From a virus: a stretch of 64,000 nucleotides of DNA. The DNA lies in IMG/VR virus record IMGVR_UViG_3300038301_000548, positions 96,001-160,000 of that record. One strand, 5' to 3'. Position numbers and translations under genes: made by a program. Position 1 is the stretch's first letter; each line of letters begins with the position of its first letter. Of this stretch, positions 1 to 11,600 are shown piece by piece. The notes beneath the pieces were generated by a model that saw nothing but the letters and a program-made list of their open reading frames with translations, made no database searches and had not been told where the DNA came from.

Positions 1-188
1 TAAGGGTAATCATAAACTGACTTAAACATCCCATGAGTGAAAGCTTTCACGTTTAACTGTGCTGTTCGGGCTGTATTAGTGTAAGCACCCGAAACGATCG
101 TTCCTGTTATTGGTATCGCTTCGTGCAGCAAAGTTCTACTGCTAGTTCTATCTGACTCTGCGAAGCTTTTAAAAAATGTATTAGCCAT
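1..188 (-). CDS. Virion structural protein, partial (runs off the window start)
   Basis: Hand-translated from ATG at 188 (GGAG RBS upstream): MANTFFKSFAESDRTSSRTLLHEAIPITGTIVSGAY...HGMFKSVYDYP. Open to the window edge and continues the tail operon. Not in the supplied ORF track. Confidence 0.7.
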   Translation of the reverse strand, partial: MANTFFKSFAESDRTSSRTLLHEAIPITGTIVSGAYTNTARTAQLNVKAFTHGMFKSVYDYP

Positions 189-205
189 TATGTTCTCCTA
201 AACTT

Positions 206-1261
206 TTAAACTTTCTTTATTATTCTTATTGGGACATCTATTGAATAACCAGTAGTGATGCCCACAACATTAATAAGAGTATCAATATAACGATAGTGAG
301 TTATCAAATCATCTTCTGCTCCAGCTGACGTAAGATTAATACTCGTCCCTGCTGACCCTATCTCTTTAAATAGTTGGTCACTCGCCTGAACATGCATCGA
401 AGTCCTAGGGTAAAATCTCAAAATAGAACCTAGTGGTCCTTCAAATTTTTCATTTATTTGAACTCGGGTTCTGTTATCGTCTGATCCAATTAGACCTGAG
501 CGGCGGCGTGAATCAGTAATCATGCTAATATGCTCGCCAGCTCGAGGAGCTGATTCTACACAGGTTGTTCCATCTCCTTGAGTTAGATAATATATTGCTA
601 TGCCGTCATCATCAATGAATTGGTTTGGTAGTCCTGTAGTTGTGGCTGGTACTCCGCCCTGAGGGCCTACTTGGTGCAGAGACAAAAGCCGGTGATCGCA
701 TCGAACTAGAAAAGCTGTTTCGACTAAATCATCTGGTAGTTGTGTTTTGAACGATATACCTCCGTCGTTTGAGTCTATGCCTTGGTCAATAGCTATGTGA
801 GAGTTTCCATCTCCGTTAATATTTGCGCCTTGGCCGCGGTAGACACCTTCCGCCAATGCCGGAAGGTTCTGATCTATTCCGTTCTTTTCGGTGTTTAAAT
901 CTGCTGATACCAAATAGCCATCAAAGTTAAAAGCATTAGCCTGCTTAGTTTTGTTCTCGCTGTCATAAGCGACTTTGAATATTGGCATATAAAGAATATT
1001 ATTTCTAGTCATGCTAATGAGTTTGCTTTTCATCATTGACGTATTATTTGTAAAAGCTTCCAATATCGGAGTTTGCATAATCTCAAGATCATAGAAAGCT
1101 GAGCCACTTGGGTGTGACCCGTTAAATATCTTATAATTAACCTCTTCATCACCTAGGGCGAATTTAACTATCTTAAAGTTACCTCTTGCTAACCTTTGAC
1201 GGCCGGCGTCAGTAAGGACAGCGTCTAATATAATATCGCCCGAATTATCTAAAAATGCCAT
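206..1261 (-). CDS. Putative tail/baseplate virion protein (351 aa), paralogue of 7765..8604
   Basis: N-terminus MAFLDNSGDIILDAVLTDAGRQRLARGNFKIVKFALGDEEVNY aligns by eye with MAFFDKKQEVIDIQLTQFGKNLLSRGSFKPVYYCFFDDDITY. RBS and ACTATTTA motif upstream; structural gene context. Confidence 0.6.
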   Translation of the reverse strand: MAFLDNSGDIILDAVLTDAGRQRLARGNFKIVKFALGDEEVNYKIFNGSHPSGSAFYDLEIMQTPILEAFTNNTSMMKSKLISMTRNNILYMPIFKVAYDSENKTKQANAFNFDGYLVSADLNTEKNGIDQNLPALAEGVYRGQGANINGDGNSHIAIDQGIDSNDGGISFKTQLPDDLVETAFLVRCDHRLLSLHQVGPQGGVPATTTGLPNQFIDDDGIAIYYLTQGDGTTCVESAPRAGEHISMITDSRRRSGLIGSDDNRTRVQINEKFEGPLGSILRFYPRTSMHVQASDQLFKEIGSAGTSINLTSAGAEDDLITHYRYIDTLINVVGITTGYSIDVPIRIIKKV

Positions 1262-1302
1262 TTAACTACTCCCTTAAGAAAAATCTTCACTAAAATCAAT
1301 AA

Positions 1303-1310
1303 TAAATAGT
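1303..1310 (-). promoter_or_regulatory. Candidate late promoter ACTATTTA
   Basis: The motif ACTA(A/T/C)TTA recurs in short intergenic gaps upstream of five minus-strand genes (1303, 23595, 62044, 63423, 63790). Confidence 0.5.
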
Positions 1311-1364
1311 GTTTTTTTAATAAATAAACCTTTTATATTTTAAAATAAACGCATGTACATTTGG

Positions 1365-4300
1365 TCAAGCGCTTTCATTATTGGGCAATTTCTTTGAGGT
1401 AAAACTTATATTAAAATCCACTGCTTTGCCAGTAGCTTTAGACTTAACTCTAATTTTAAACTTTTTGCCCCATATTAAATTTTCAGCGTCGGGGGTGTTA
1501 CCTAGTGACACCCTCTCTATATCCGGAGCTGATCTCTGAAATTCTATAGAATTTATTTTATCTTCTCTGAGGCCTAATTGTTCACGAACACGGTTGGGAA
1601 AGTTATCAGCTTCAATAGATTCTAAAACTTGTGAAAAATTAACAGTTGATTGTGAAAAATTTGGCTTAATGTGGATAAACCTTTCGAACTGTATGTTAGC
1701 TTTTCTTGGCTCTTGATACATTTCGTATGTATCCATTTCCATGAATATTCCGTTTTGGTAACTCACCATCCTGACGCGGTAGACTTCTGTTGGGTTTGAC
1801 ATACCCCCTGAATCGTGCGCGCGGAATGTGTAGTAGTAAAACTTATTTGGTTCAACTTCTAGTTTAAAAAGCCCGGTCTTTCCAGTCGCTGGTATTTTAT
1901 AGTTTAGGCCAAATTCAAAATCTCTGTAACTCTTTGGCTCGAAATCAATTTGAAATATCTCAAAGTGCTCAGGCAGGGAATCACTTCTGTATAAGAGGTT
2001 CTTGCCTTGGGATAGGGTTTCAGCTTTGTGCATTCTAGATATTTCTCTTCTGTCATCTCGCTTTATGATTATAGGCCGTTCTAATCTTTCTCCATAGTTT
2101 GTATCCATCAATATATTATATCGATCTTCGATTCCATTGAAGGGGAGAAAATTAACCTGTGGGGTGATAGGCGGCCTATCTTTGGTCGATACTTTTTTCT
2201 CGAAAAATGGGGCGCAGTTCAATAAGATCATTCTGTCCGATGTCACAGAGAGGTCAAAACAATTCCTAAAGGGGTTGATAGCGCTTTGAAATCGAGGGTT
2301 AGAAAAATAAAATTCAGATTCCTCTTCACTGTAGTTGTACTTGTTTCCTATCACCAGGTTCATAGTGAAAATTTTATAAACGTATTCTTGATTTGGAAGA
2401 ATCTGAGAGTCTATAAAATTAATTCTGTCAATAGAGTTGTTGTCCATCAACAAGAAAGTTTGTATTAACATTTCATTTTCTGTTGTCTGTGTTTCGCCGC
2501 TTTCTTGACTTTGGGTTACCCTCTTAGATATCCTATATTTCTCTATCTTATAGCCAATCGTTTCGGAGTATGCTTTTCTTCCATAAAGTATGTCTGCAAA
2601 AGATCTTTGCAACTCATGTTCGCGGCAGGCTAAATTTAATTGAGTTAAGAAGATTTGTGAGCTTATAGCTTCTTCTATTCTTAGTATCTCTGTGTTGTCC
2701 CAACCCGCGTAGTGCAGCGGGTAGTCTTCTATGTTTCTAGACTGAGGAGAGACATCAGCCTCTTCAGCTAACGTGTGGATTAGTTTGTCGAAGTTTTTGT
2801 ATATGGTAGTCGGAACATTGTTTCTAACTTTATCATTCCTAGTAAGGCTGACTGTGGGGTTATCATTAGTGCCAATAAATTCATCATCTAGAATTCGCGT
2901 TACGCGTTGGCCGTCGTCGATGGCATATGGAACTTGCGGATCTGGCAAGTCGTCTACTGGTGCTGGAGCTGGAGCTGGGCTCGGCTGTAACCTTTCGCCG
3001 CGAGCGTATCCTGGTGCAGGGACAGGGCCTGCAAAAGCGGCCCGGACTTCTGGGCTTAGGCGCGGATCGGCTGAAGTGCTATTAATCCTGAGATATTCTG
3101 CTAGGAAAGTACCGGGTGTAGGCGCTAGATACTCTAAAGCAATAATATCCATTCTATTGGACTGCAATATGCTACTAAGGTGGCCACCTTGGCGTGATTT
3201 AATTTTAATTTCTACATAATTTTCAGCCAATTTTCTAATATCTTTATTTACTTCTTCTAGGCGCGCTACTCGGTCGGAAGGAAACTTGTGAAACTGGCTT
3301 GAGCTGAATCCTAAATTGTTATTTTCCAAGTTCATATCTATGGCGTTTCGATATTCAGACATGACAGAATTAATCCAATTTTCTATGTTAGCTAATTCAT
3401 TAGGAATATCTGCAGGTCCATCAATATTGGGAATTCGCCTCTTGGTTATCGCTGCTTGATAAAACTCATACGCGCTTGGTATATTTAATTCATAGTCTAA
3501 ACCAGTGATAGGTTCAACATTTTGTATTTTTACTTCCAAGTCTGCGCTGTGGGATGGGGAAACAAGCACCCCGTCTAGTTCTTTTTCAAAAAAAGCCGCA
3601 GGTGTGATATAGGTGTAATCCAAAAACTCTTTATCAAAATCTATAGATCCTTGCGAGTAAAGCTCTGAAGACCTATCATTGAACTTCTGCTTAAAGTCTT
3701 CGTAATTTTCTGACCTCTTACCATGCATATAAACATCTAAAAATTGAAGCCTCGTTATATCAGAATTCGGAGGGATAAATTTAATTGGCGTCGCAGGAAT
3801 AGCCGGGTTCGATGATATTAAGTTTTCTGGAAAAATAAATCTGAATTTTTCTTTTATCTCTGATGAATTTCTAACTGGCGTCTTGCTGTAGAACGCTTCA
3901 TTTAGACGACCGTCGAGACGGATTATCCTAGTGTATGGCTCTACATTTGCGTTTCCTTCTCCTGGTATGTTATTGTCGCGATTTTGCTCAGGGCTGAAAA
4001 ACGCGTGGCGGTTTCGCGGGTCGCCAACTATTGAGTTTAATAGGTGCGGTGCTAGAGGGTTATCGGGCAGCCTGTGCCACATATTCGAGATGGCCATTCT
4101 AAATTTGTCAACTGTGTGCTTAATGCTTTCTGGCTGATAACTCAGCCAGTTGGATGCGTGATTCGGAGTATCATACCTATCACTGAGCGCTGTGATAGAG
4201 TCAAAGTTGGCAAAAGAACCGTTGAAAACTGTTGTGTAGTCTCTTGTGGCTGTAGAGAATTCTGGATTAACATCCCTAGACGGGGCATTTTCTTCTGAGT

Positions 4301-4511
4301 TCGCGGCGTTACGATATTCAGATCTCTGATGCGCTTCAGGAAACTCTTCTTCTTGTTGTCGTGGTTCAGCGGGGGTTTCCAAAGGCTGTGAACCTACTCC
4401 GTTGGCGTCGACGCAGCCGCCGTCGGCGCCCGGAACAAGTCCGTCTGGGCAGCCATTTTCTGCTTGTGGTTCCGGTAAATCTTCACACGGGTTTCTATCT
4501 ATGTTTGACAT
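1365..4511 (-). CDS. Large hypothetical virion protein (1048 aa)
   Basis: Long ORF with AAAGG RBS inside the tail operon. Cys-containing N-terminus, PAPAP linker, beta-rich C-terminal half. No family recognised. Confidence 0.6.
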   Translation of the reverse strand: MSNIDRNPCEDLPEPQAENGCPDGLVPGADGGCVDANGVGSQPLETPAEPRQQEEEFPEAHQRSEYRNAANSEENAPSRDVNPEFSTATRDYTTVFNGSFANFDSITALSDRYDTPNHASNWLSYQPESIKHTVDKFRMAISNMWHRLPDNPLAPHLLNSIVGDPRNRHAFFSPEQNRDNNIPGEGNANVEPYTRIIRLDGRLNEAFYSKTPVRNSSEIKEKFRFIFPENLISSNPAIPATPIKFIPPNSDITRLQFLDVYMHGKRSENYEDFKQKFNDRSSELYSQGSIDFDKEFLDYTYITPAAFFEKELDGVLVSPSHSADLEVKIQNVEPITGLDYELNIPSAYEFYQAAITKRRIPNIDGPADIPNELANIENWINSVMSEYRNAIDMNLENNNLGFSSSQFHKFPSDRVARLEEVNKDIRKLAENYVEIKIKSRQGGHLSSILQSNRMDIIALEYLAPTPGTFLAEYLRINSTSADPRLSPEVRAAFAGPVPAPGYARGERLQPSPAPAPAPVDDLPDPQVPYAIDDGQRVTRILDDEFIGTNDNPTVSLTRNDKVRNNVPTTIYKNFDKLIHTLAEEADVSPQSRNIEDYPLHYAGWDNTEILRIEEAISSQIFLTQLNLACREHELQRSFADILYGRKAYSETIGYKIEKYRISKRVTQSQESGETQTTENEMLIQTFLLMDNNSIDRINFIDSQILPNQEYVYKIFTMNLVIGNKYNYSEEESEFYFSNPRFQSAINPFRNCFDLSVTSDRMILLNCAPFFEKKVSTKDRPPITPQVNFLPFNGIEDRYNILMDTNYGERLERPIIIKRDDRREISRMHKAETLSQGKNLLYRSDSLPEHFEIFQIDFEPKSYRDFEFGLNYKIPATGKTGLFKLEVEPNKFYYYTFRAHDSGGMSNPTEVYRVRMVSYQNGIFMEMDTYEMYQEPRKANIQFERFIHIKPNFSQSTVNFSQVLESIEADNFPNRVREQLGLREDKINSIEFQRSAPDIERVSLGNTPDAENLIWGKKFKIRVKSKATGKAVDFNISFTSKKLPNNESA

Positions 4512-4528
4512 TTCTTTTTAATACCTTT

Positions 4529-7500
4529 CTACCTTGTGTATCCGCCGAGTCGTGAGCCGATACTAGATTTAATTTGCCCTAGGCGCCCGGACACTTCAGC
4601 GTGATCATTGTCGGCTTGTTTGTCTATTACGATGCTGTTTACCAGCTGCGCGCCGCCAGTAGAGTCGGTTGTCACTTTTTTAATGATTATGCTAGTTGAA
4701 GAATCAGAACGCTTTGAGGTACCATCCAACCCACTAGTGCCGTCATACCTATGTTCGGTAACAACTGTTCCGACTCCAGCATGATTACTTTTGTAATTCC
4801 TAGTATTCTTAGCGCTTTTCTCCTGTGAGCTGTTCGAAGACGTGACCCTATCCCTGTATGTGGTTTTGTTCCTGGCTCGGGAATTAAGCTTGCCTGATGT
4901 CATTGTGAACATGACTGCCTTATACAAGGATCCCATTGCCTTCTTGGTTAGGAACATATCTTTGAATTTCTCTTCCATTTGATTCTCAAATTCCTTCCCG
5001 TCTTTTGCAGTGATTATTGAGTTGAAAACAGAAGTTTGCAAATCAGCATCCAATACTTCTCCTTTGAGTTTGGACTCGGCTGCATCGCTCTGTGAGATAT
5101 TCGTTACCTTTGAGAGAACAGAGCCAAAAGTGGCGCCGGAGTTGTAAAGTAACTCATCAAACTCTCTTAAGGAGATTTCTCCGGGGCGAGACTGGTAATG
5201 TCCAGTGCCCGTCTTAACTGCCTCAACAGCAGCAGCAACCTTTGAAGCCGCCACAGCGCTTCCGGCTGGGTCGTTCAAGTCTATGCCAGCGATGTGCCTC
5301 CTATTGAATGTGGGAGGAGGAAGTGGCGCGCCTGGAAAAAGATCTATGAGCCCGGGTTCGGAAACAATCTGGTCTGCAGAGAGAATAAAAAATTCACTTG
5401 GGATCCTAACAGTAGAATCTGGTAGAAGCTGTATTGAGCCGCGGCCAATATTATTTAAGATATCCGGATTTAGTGGAGGTGAAGCTTCAAATAAAACTTT
5501 AAATTTTGACGACGCGTCCACGCGTGAATTTGTTCTTGACTTGATTCGAATATAGCGATTTGGATATTCTGAGTTTTTTGATACATTCTTTTTTGCGCTA
5601 CCCAGGCTTAAGCTTCGGTGTCGTGCAAGAGTTGTTTCCCCAAAAATACCAGTCATGTTTTCATCTGCATCTTTTTCAAAAATCATTTCGCGGAAGCGCT
5701 CCTGTAGTCGCAGGCACAAGTTTAGAAAAAATGTCATATTATCTAGTGTTCCTGTTGCTGGCATGAGTGCGTGAGTAAAATCCTCTATTGGTCTCGAAGC
5801 CCCTTTCTTTGTGAGAGTGTACACTACCATGTTGTATAGTTCTGATAAATATCGAACTACATTGAAAAACTCGATGCGCCGGCCTCCGGGTGATGTGGCT
5901 GCTTTATATTCTGGAGTAAAATCATTTAAATGAAAGTTATAATTACCTTGAGCTTCTACTTCTGTATTTGGATCCGAAAATTGGTTTCCTATAAAGTACC
6001 CCGAGTGAGCAGGGTCTAAATAAGGTTGCGAAGCTTGTTTTATAAGATTTGAGAATTTGTCTATGTGTGCGCGGAAATCATCATGTAGCATTATTAAATA
6101 TAGTCTAATTCCATCTTCGGTTTCTATTTCCATACTATATTCAAATTTTCCAAAAGAATGGCTGCTGAATAAGTCGTAGTCTTTTAAACTGAAAGATTTC
6201 TTAACGCCATGGGGAGAATTTATTCTATCATCTATGATCTCTAAAGAAGCTACATCGTCAATTTGGTAAAGCTGTGACTCACCTGTATATTGGTTGTCTA
6301 AGTTAAGAGATGTTAGATATTTCTCTACCTGGTCTGTATCATAATTTTCGAAAGCACTAGTTGTAGCTCTGTTATTGCCGACTGCGTCGTTAGTGATTCT
6401 TTTTCTGTGAGCTTTCATTTGCCAGATAAAAGAGTAACCTAGAACTTGGTCAATAAATTGCTGGGATAAAGCCTGATTGGCAACGCCCGTCGGATTGTTT
6501 ACTTCCTCTCTATGGAAATCGAGTAGATACCCAAACTTAGAATTTGATCTTATTAGTTGCTCAAAGTTTAACAGAAACACACTAAGATAGTGGCCGCGGC
6601 CGGCGTCCCCACCAGGAACAATTGAGAATAAGTCTTCCGGGTCTACTGAGCAATCAAAGAGATTGGGGTTTTGGTTTTTTTGAGAATTTATTACTAACTC
6701 TTTAAGCACTCTATTATCTAATTTTGATATTTTTGCATACCTGGCTCGAGGATCAGCAAGCAGAGAGATGCCAGTGTCAGACAAGAGATTACTTAGCAGA
6801 TCTGGGCCTAATGTCAGGTTCCCATATGGTGATGCCGACCTACTCTCGTTTCCAAAGAATCCGGATTGCGATGAAGTGTATCCATCAAACTCGAAACTGA
6901 TGCTCCTTTCTATGAAAAAGTTTGATGAAACTTTCGTATTTCGAACAGTTCTCATTGTTAATTGTGACCGGTCGCTCATATCATGCCCGAAAGGACCTGT
7001 CATCCAACCTATGTAGCCGGATGGTCCGGGGGAGGCTGGGGAATGATAGTGTGTTGGGCCCGAATAGTACTCGCCTGATGACAGAGTGAATACTGATCTT
7101 GTTTTTGGGGCAACCAACCTGTTACCTTCTTTGACTAGGACCTGCTCATAAACTAGGGGCCCACCGATCTTGGTTAAGCTGCCAACAAATTCATGCATCA
7201 TAAAATCTTCACTTAAAGACTTTATATCAAGTTGACAGAACGCGAAGGCGTGTAAAGGAGCGTTAGAAGCTTCTGGTCGCTCCGGGTCAAAAACATCCTG
7301 TCGGCAGTCAACAGTTACATCAAAAGACATGTTATGCGATAAGTGGTTATCAGTTCCTATAATGTGAGGGATTTCGCCGGCAGTTAAAGGGTCTCGCGTG
7401 GCAGAGTCACTCTGGAGCAGCTCGAGCATATTGATTTTAGTGTGACCGTTTAGGCCATAACTTGGCCCCTTAAGAGTCATCTCCCAGTCGACTAGGCACC

Positions 7501-7765
7501 GGCGGTTTTGGGTTAAAAAATTAACCCTGTTCTGTGCATAGTATATATTTCTAGAAAAAATACCCGGGTCGCCTTGTAACAGAACTATATGAAAATCTAA
7601 ATATTTTATTAAATTTATGCCGGCTATGCCATTCCAAGAAGAAAAATCAAAACTTGCTGGGCGTTTTAATGAGCACTTGAAGCTTACTTTTCTGTTATCT
7701 ACAAAAATCTTATTTATTGTAAACTTAGGTATAACCTCCTGAAGGTAAGACTCTCGGACGGGCAT
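4529..7765 (-). CDS. Large hypothetical virion protein (1078 aa)
   Basis: Long ORF translationally coupled (TAATG) to the upstream gene. No family recognised. Confidence 0.6.
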   Translation of the reverse strand: MPVRESYLQEVIPKFTINKIFVDNRKVSFKCSLKRPASFDFSSWNGIAGINLIKYLDFHIVLLQGDPGIFSRNIYYAQNRVNFLTQNRRCLVDWEMTLKGPSYGLNGHTKINMLELLQSDSATRDPLTAGEIPHIIGTDNHLSHNMSFDVTVDCRQDVFDPERPEASNAPLHAFAFCQLDIKSLSEDFMMHEFVGSLTKIGGPLVYEQVLVKEGNRLVAPKTRSVFTLSSGEYYSGPTHYHSPASPGPSGYIGWMTGPFGHDMSDRSQLTMRTVRNTKVSSNFFIERSISFEFDGYTSSQSGFFGNESRSASPYGNLTLGPDLLSNLLSDTGISLLADPRARYAKISKLDNRVLKELVINSQKNQNPNLFDCSVDPEDLFSIVPGGDAGRGHYLSVFLLNFEQLIRSNSKFGYLLDFHREEVNNPTGVANQALSQQFIDQVLGYSFIWQMKAHRKRITNDAVGNNRATTSAFENYDTDQVEKYLTSLNLDNQYTGESQLYQIDDVASLEIIDDRINSPHGVKKSFSLKDYDLFSSHSFGKFEYSMEIETEDGIRLYLIMLHDDFRAHIDKFSNLIKQASQPYLDPAHSGYFIGNQFSDPNTEVEAQGNYNFHLNDFTPEYKAATSPGGRRIEFFNVVRYLSELYNMVVYTLTKKGASRPIEDFTHALMPATGTLDNMTFFLNLCLRLQERFREMIFEKDADENMTGIFGETTLARHRSLSLGSAKKNVSKNSEYPNRYIRIKSRTNSRVDASSKFKVLFEASPPLNPDILNNIGRGSIQLLPDSTVRIPSEFFILSADQIVSEPGLIDLFPGAPLPPPTFNRRHIAGIDLNDPAGSAVAASKVAAAVEAVKTGTGHYQSRPGEISLREFDELLYNSGATFGSVLSKVTNISQSDAAESKLKGEVLDADLQTSVFNSIITAKDGKEFENQMEEKFKDMFLTKKAMGSLYKAVMFTMTSGKLNSRARNKTTYRDRVTSSNSSQEKSAKNTRNYKSNHAGVGTVVTEHRYDGTSGLDGTSKRSDSSTSIIIKKVTTDSTGGAQLVNSIVIDKQADNDHAEVSGRLGQIKSSIGSRLGGYTR

Positions 7766-8604
7766 TACTCAGTCCTCCTTCTTTCGGTGGTGCGGCGGTT
7801 TTCTGATGATTCTCTTATGCCTCTGTTAATCTCTCCATCGACGAGTATATCAAAATATTTAAATATCTTCTCTTCTGTGTCAAGGTTTACTAGGTGTTTG
7901 TCAGTACCTGATTCTACAATCTCAAAAACCTCCACTTCAAATTGGTTCACTGCATGGGATGAATTTAGTTCTGTCACATCTAAAATTATATCTTCGCGCT
8001 CGACGGTGATTTTTGAATCGTTCAAGAACCGTATTTCGTCAGAAGTAAGATCTATATAATATTCAGAATCAACTGCAAAAAACTCTATGTCATTTTCTTG
8101 AGAGTCATCCCTCTTTAAGGTATAACTAGCTGAAAAATTTAACTGTGGTATACTTTTAGTTATGCCTTTCGATGTTGTGGAATTTGATGAGCTTGTTATT
8201 TTACACTGTAACGCGTCGATTTGCAACTGAGGAGCCAACTGAGAAGAGAGAATGGTATTCTGCAGTTGGTATTTGAGCATTTTTTCAGAGTTTTCTATGT
8301 CTTGTGTTCTTTTTATCTCATTAAATACCACGGCTTCGCCGGTTTCAATCATTTCCGTTAGTTGATCATAGGTCTCTTCTAGGGACGTGACTGAATACTG
8401 AGTGCGAGGCCTTTGAGCTTCTTTCAGTCTTTCTTGTGACCTGTTTTGTTTTTCTAAAATATTTGCAGCTGATGCATTGTAAGTAATATCATCGTCGAAG
8501 AAACAATAATAGACTGGTTTGAAGCTCCCTCTGGACAAAAGATTCTTACCAAATTGCGTTAGTTGTATGTCTATAACTTCTTGTTTTTTATCAAAAAAAG
8601 CCAT
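7765..8604 (-). CDS. Putative tail/baseplate virion protein (279 aa), paralogue of 206..1261
   Basis: Shares the N-terminal MAFxD...D..LT..G...L.RG.F...(F)..D..I.Y pattern; GAGG RBS. Confidence 0.6.
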   Translation of the reverse strand: MAFFDKKQEVIDIQLTQFGKNLLSRGSFKPVYYCFFDDDITYNASAANILEKQNRSQERLKEAQRPRTQYSVTSLEETYDQLTEMIETGEAVVFNEIKRTQDIENSEKMLKYQLQNTILSSQLAPQLQIDALQCKITSSSNSTTSKGITKSIPQLNFSASYTLKRDDSQENDIEFFAVDSEYYIDLTSDEIRFLNDSKITVEREDIILDVTELNSSHAVNQFEVEVFEIVESGTDKHLVNLDTEEKIFKYFDILVDGEINRGIRESSENRRTTERRRTE

Positions 8605-8623
8605 TAGATTTCCTCTTTTTTTA

Positions 8624-11600
8624 TCATTCTATGTAATTGTATAGGTCTATTTTAGCGTCTAACTTAACTAGTTCTACGAAGGAAAAGTAATCATATGGCC
8701 AGTTAAACTGCAGTTTAGAGTGCGCAAGATCATTCAGCCCGGGTAAATCCTTAGGAATTCCTGCAGGATTCCTAGAGTTTTTACTTTCTCTTAAGTATTC
8801 AATCGGGCTTCTGAAATTAGACTCTCGAGGATCAATTGAACGCTGTCGTATTTTCTCTAAGTTAGCTATGCCCCGTTGCTTAACTTTGAAAACTAACCAC
8901 CTAGTCTTATTTTTATCACCGATTGGGGAGAACAAGTTGTCAGTATTGTGTACAGGGCTCAAAGTTCTGCCATTTAGTTTTTCTGTGTTGAGATAGTGAC
9001 TAACATAGGATACATCATTGTGCGGCGTTATTCTTCCTTCAAATTCTTTATTCGGATAAGAGTACCTGGGCTTTGCTGTGCTACTGCTTGACGACGGGTA
9101 GAGATTTTGCCAAACATTAGCTAAGTCACTAGAATCCATTGAGGCTTTAAACTGGAAGAAATACATCATATATGGGTCAGTGCCTGATACAAGAAAATCC
9201 AGTTGAGGTGGTAGTATATACTCATCCATCATAAACAACTGATATTCTATAGCGTTAACAGGGGAGTCAGACATATAAGTTTGAGATTTTACTTCGTATC
9301 TTCTTAGCAGTTCTCTGTATTCTTCTAAGGTGCTGATGTGACTTGATATTGTCATCAAATCAAGTTCTCTTTTTATTTTATCAACATTGTCTCTCGCTTG
9401 CACATAGTAAGATCCCGGTGTTCTAGCAAAGTTAACAAATCTAACCTCGTTTTCAGACTCCTCATCTATAACATAAGGTATCGCTACAATTGCTTCCTTG
9501 AGAAGTTTCTTGTCTTCTAGAGCACCAAGCTTTCTTCTGTATTCATTGACTTTTGGAATAGCTTTTGTGCGAGATACAGTGTCTTCAGAATTGAACCCTA
9601 AAAGCTCTGCAAGACCGGGTTGGCCGTCTGCAGAAGGGACATCCTCTACTTTCAGGTAGTACCCCTTGGCTGAAGCAGGGCCGACGCTTGGAATCTTAGC
9701 ACCCTTTTGATGCCAGATCCCAGTGGAGGAAGTCAAGTACGGAGTGGTAGTTTTGCCTAGGCTTTGGGTATAGTAAGAATCCCAATACCGAGTCTTCCAT
9801 GGTGAGCCGGTTACAAAGTTGACAGAATTTGTTGACAGGTCCAAAGCAGAAGACGTCACGTTGGTAAAGTCTAATACCGGTGTTTCCCACTTTGTTTGTA
9901 TTACCCATCTTGAGAATCGATTATTCGCGTCGACCTGTTGAGTTGACTCAACATTTATATGCTCTGGATCTTCTACATTTGAAAGTAAGCCATCTCCAGA
10001 AAGGACCAGATTCATATTGTCAGTTTCTAATTCCACGCACATACCTAGGTTCAATGAGGCTGAAAGAGCCATGGCGTGCTTATAGTTTGTATTAGTTGTC
10101 GCATTATTTGGAACTGTGTGAAAATTATAATACTCAAAAGAGCAGCTAGATATTATCTCTTTTGCAAGATAGTCTCTGCTTTCGGTTGGAGTAAATGTTA
10201 TTTCCACATACGGGTCAGAATCCGGATCTAGAAAAGGAGGCACGTAAGGTGCATAGCCGTGGCTATGTAGGTTGCTCACCGTCGACTTGGTATAAGACTC
10301 TGATCCTACAGTGGCGGCGCCGCCGAATTGAGCTTCTTCTTCTACAATCAAATTCTCTAATGCATTATTCCCATATTCTATTGAGGTTCCCGAGTCTGCT
10401 CCCGGGGCGTCGTTGGTTTGAATCCTTATCTTGGCGCCGGTCCGGGTAACATCAAATGTTGTGGGCAGAAAAGTACCACCGTGAGCTGCAAGAAAAGCCG
10501 CCGCAAGATTATCTGCAGAAACACCATTCACGTTTATATACCTTTGGCTGTCACTTTGATGGCCTCCGGGGCTGAATGAAGCTGCACTACTATAAAAAAC
10601 ATAATCAACAACCTCATAGGGAGCGCCCAAACCAGCATCTTTTAGAGTAATGACCGGCATACTACCTGAGGCTGTTACACTGTCTAGATTAAAATTGGCA
10701 TTGGCGCCCGGGTTTTTAAAAGTTATTTCTACAAAATCACTTGTTGCTGATGAATTTGGTGTATACTTAACAAAATTAACTCCTGTGCCAGTATCATCAA
10801 CGGGTGGACCAAAAGCAGAATGGCGGTCATACATTACCGTATCTACATTTGTCAATCTTACTTTCATTTTGTTGACTGTTTCTTTTTGGAAAAATTGTTT
10901 TATTGGCTTAGATATAGCCGTTGATAGGTGCCCATCTTTCAAAAAGAAGTTGACGGTTTCTGCGGCAAAATTTTGCATGGCTAAAGTATAAGGCAGCATC
11001 TGCCTAGAAAAGTTCTCTGCGGTATTGTTCACATCTAAGCCCAGGTTTCTTGCCATGGCGTTGCGGTTTAAGGCGCCAAAAACAGCTGGGCGTTCTATTA
11101 CTCTATTCCAAAAAGAGTTGCCATATAATAAACTAGCACTCGGATGAGCTTCATTATCATAAATTGCAACCCTATGTATATTGACTGGGTTGAGTAAATC
11201 TTCAAATTCAATTCTATGGTGGATACTGCCTGAAAGTCTAGGGAGACCTCGGTCGGTGGTAGAATTTATCAAAGATCCAGTAACTGACGTAGTGCTTGGA
11301 ATCCCAAAAGTCACATGCTTTCTAACGATGTAGTTTGAAGGCGTGTTCTCCTGTGCTTGACTGAAGTCTGTTGCAAAAATTGGATAGTCTACAGCTGTGC
11401 CGGCCTTGATCGAGTTGAATAGTATGCCTGGGCCTGTGAAACATTTTTCTGCGCTATATCTCGCTGCTTTCGTTCTAAGGTTCAAGTACTTGTCAGCTTC
11501 ATCTCTCGAAATAGGGCCGTTGGGCAAGTACCTTATTGATAGGTCTTCCACATCTAGATAGTTTCTATTAAACATCTCTGCCAATTCCAAAGAGCGCTCA

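Noticed and set aside
2960-2990. GCTGGA tandem repeat
   Set aside because: It encodes a short PAPAPAP linker; ordinary low-complexity coding sequence.
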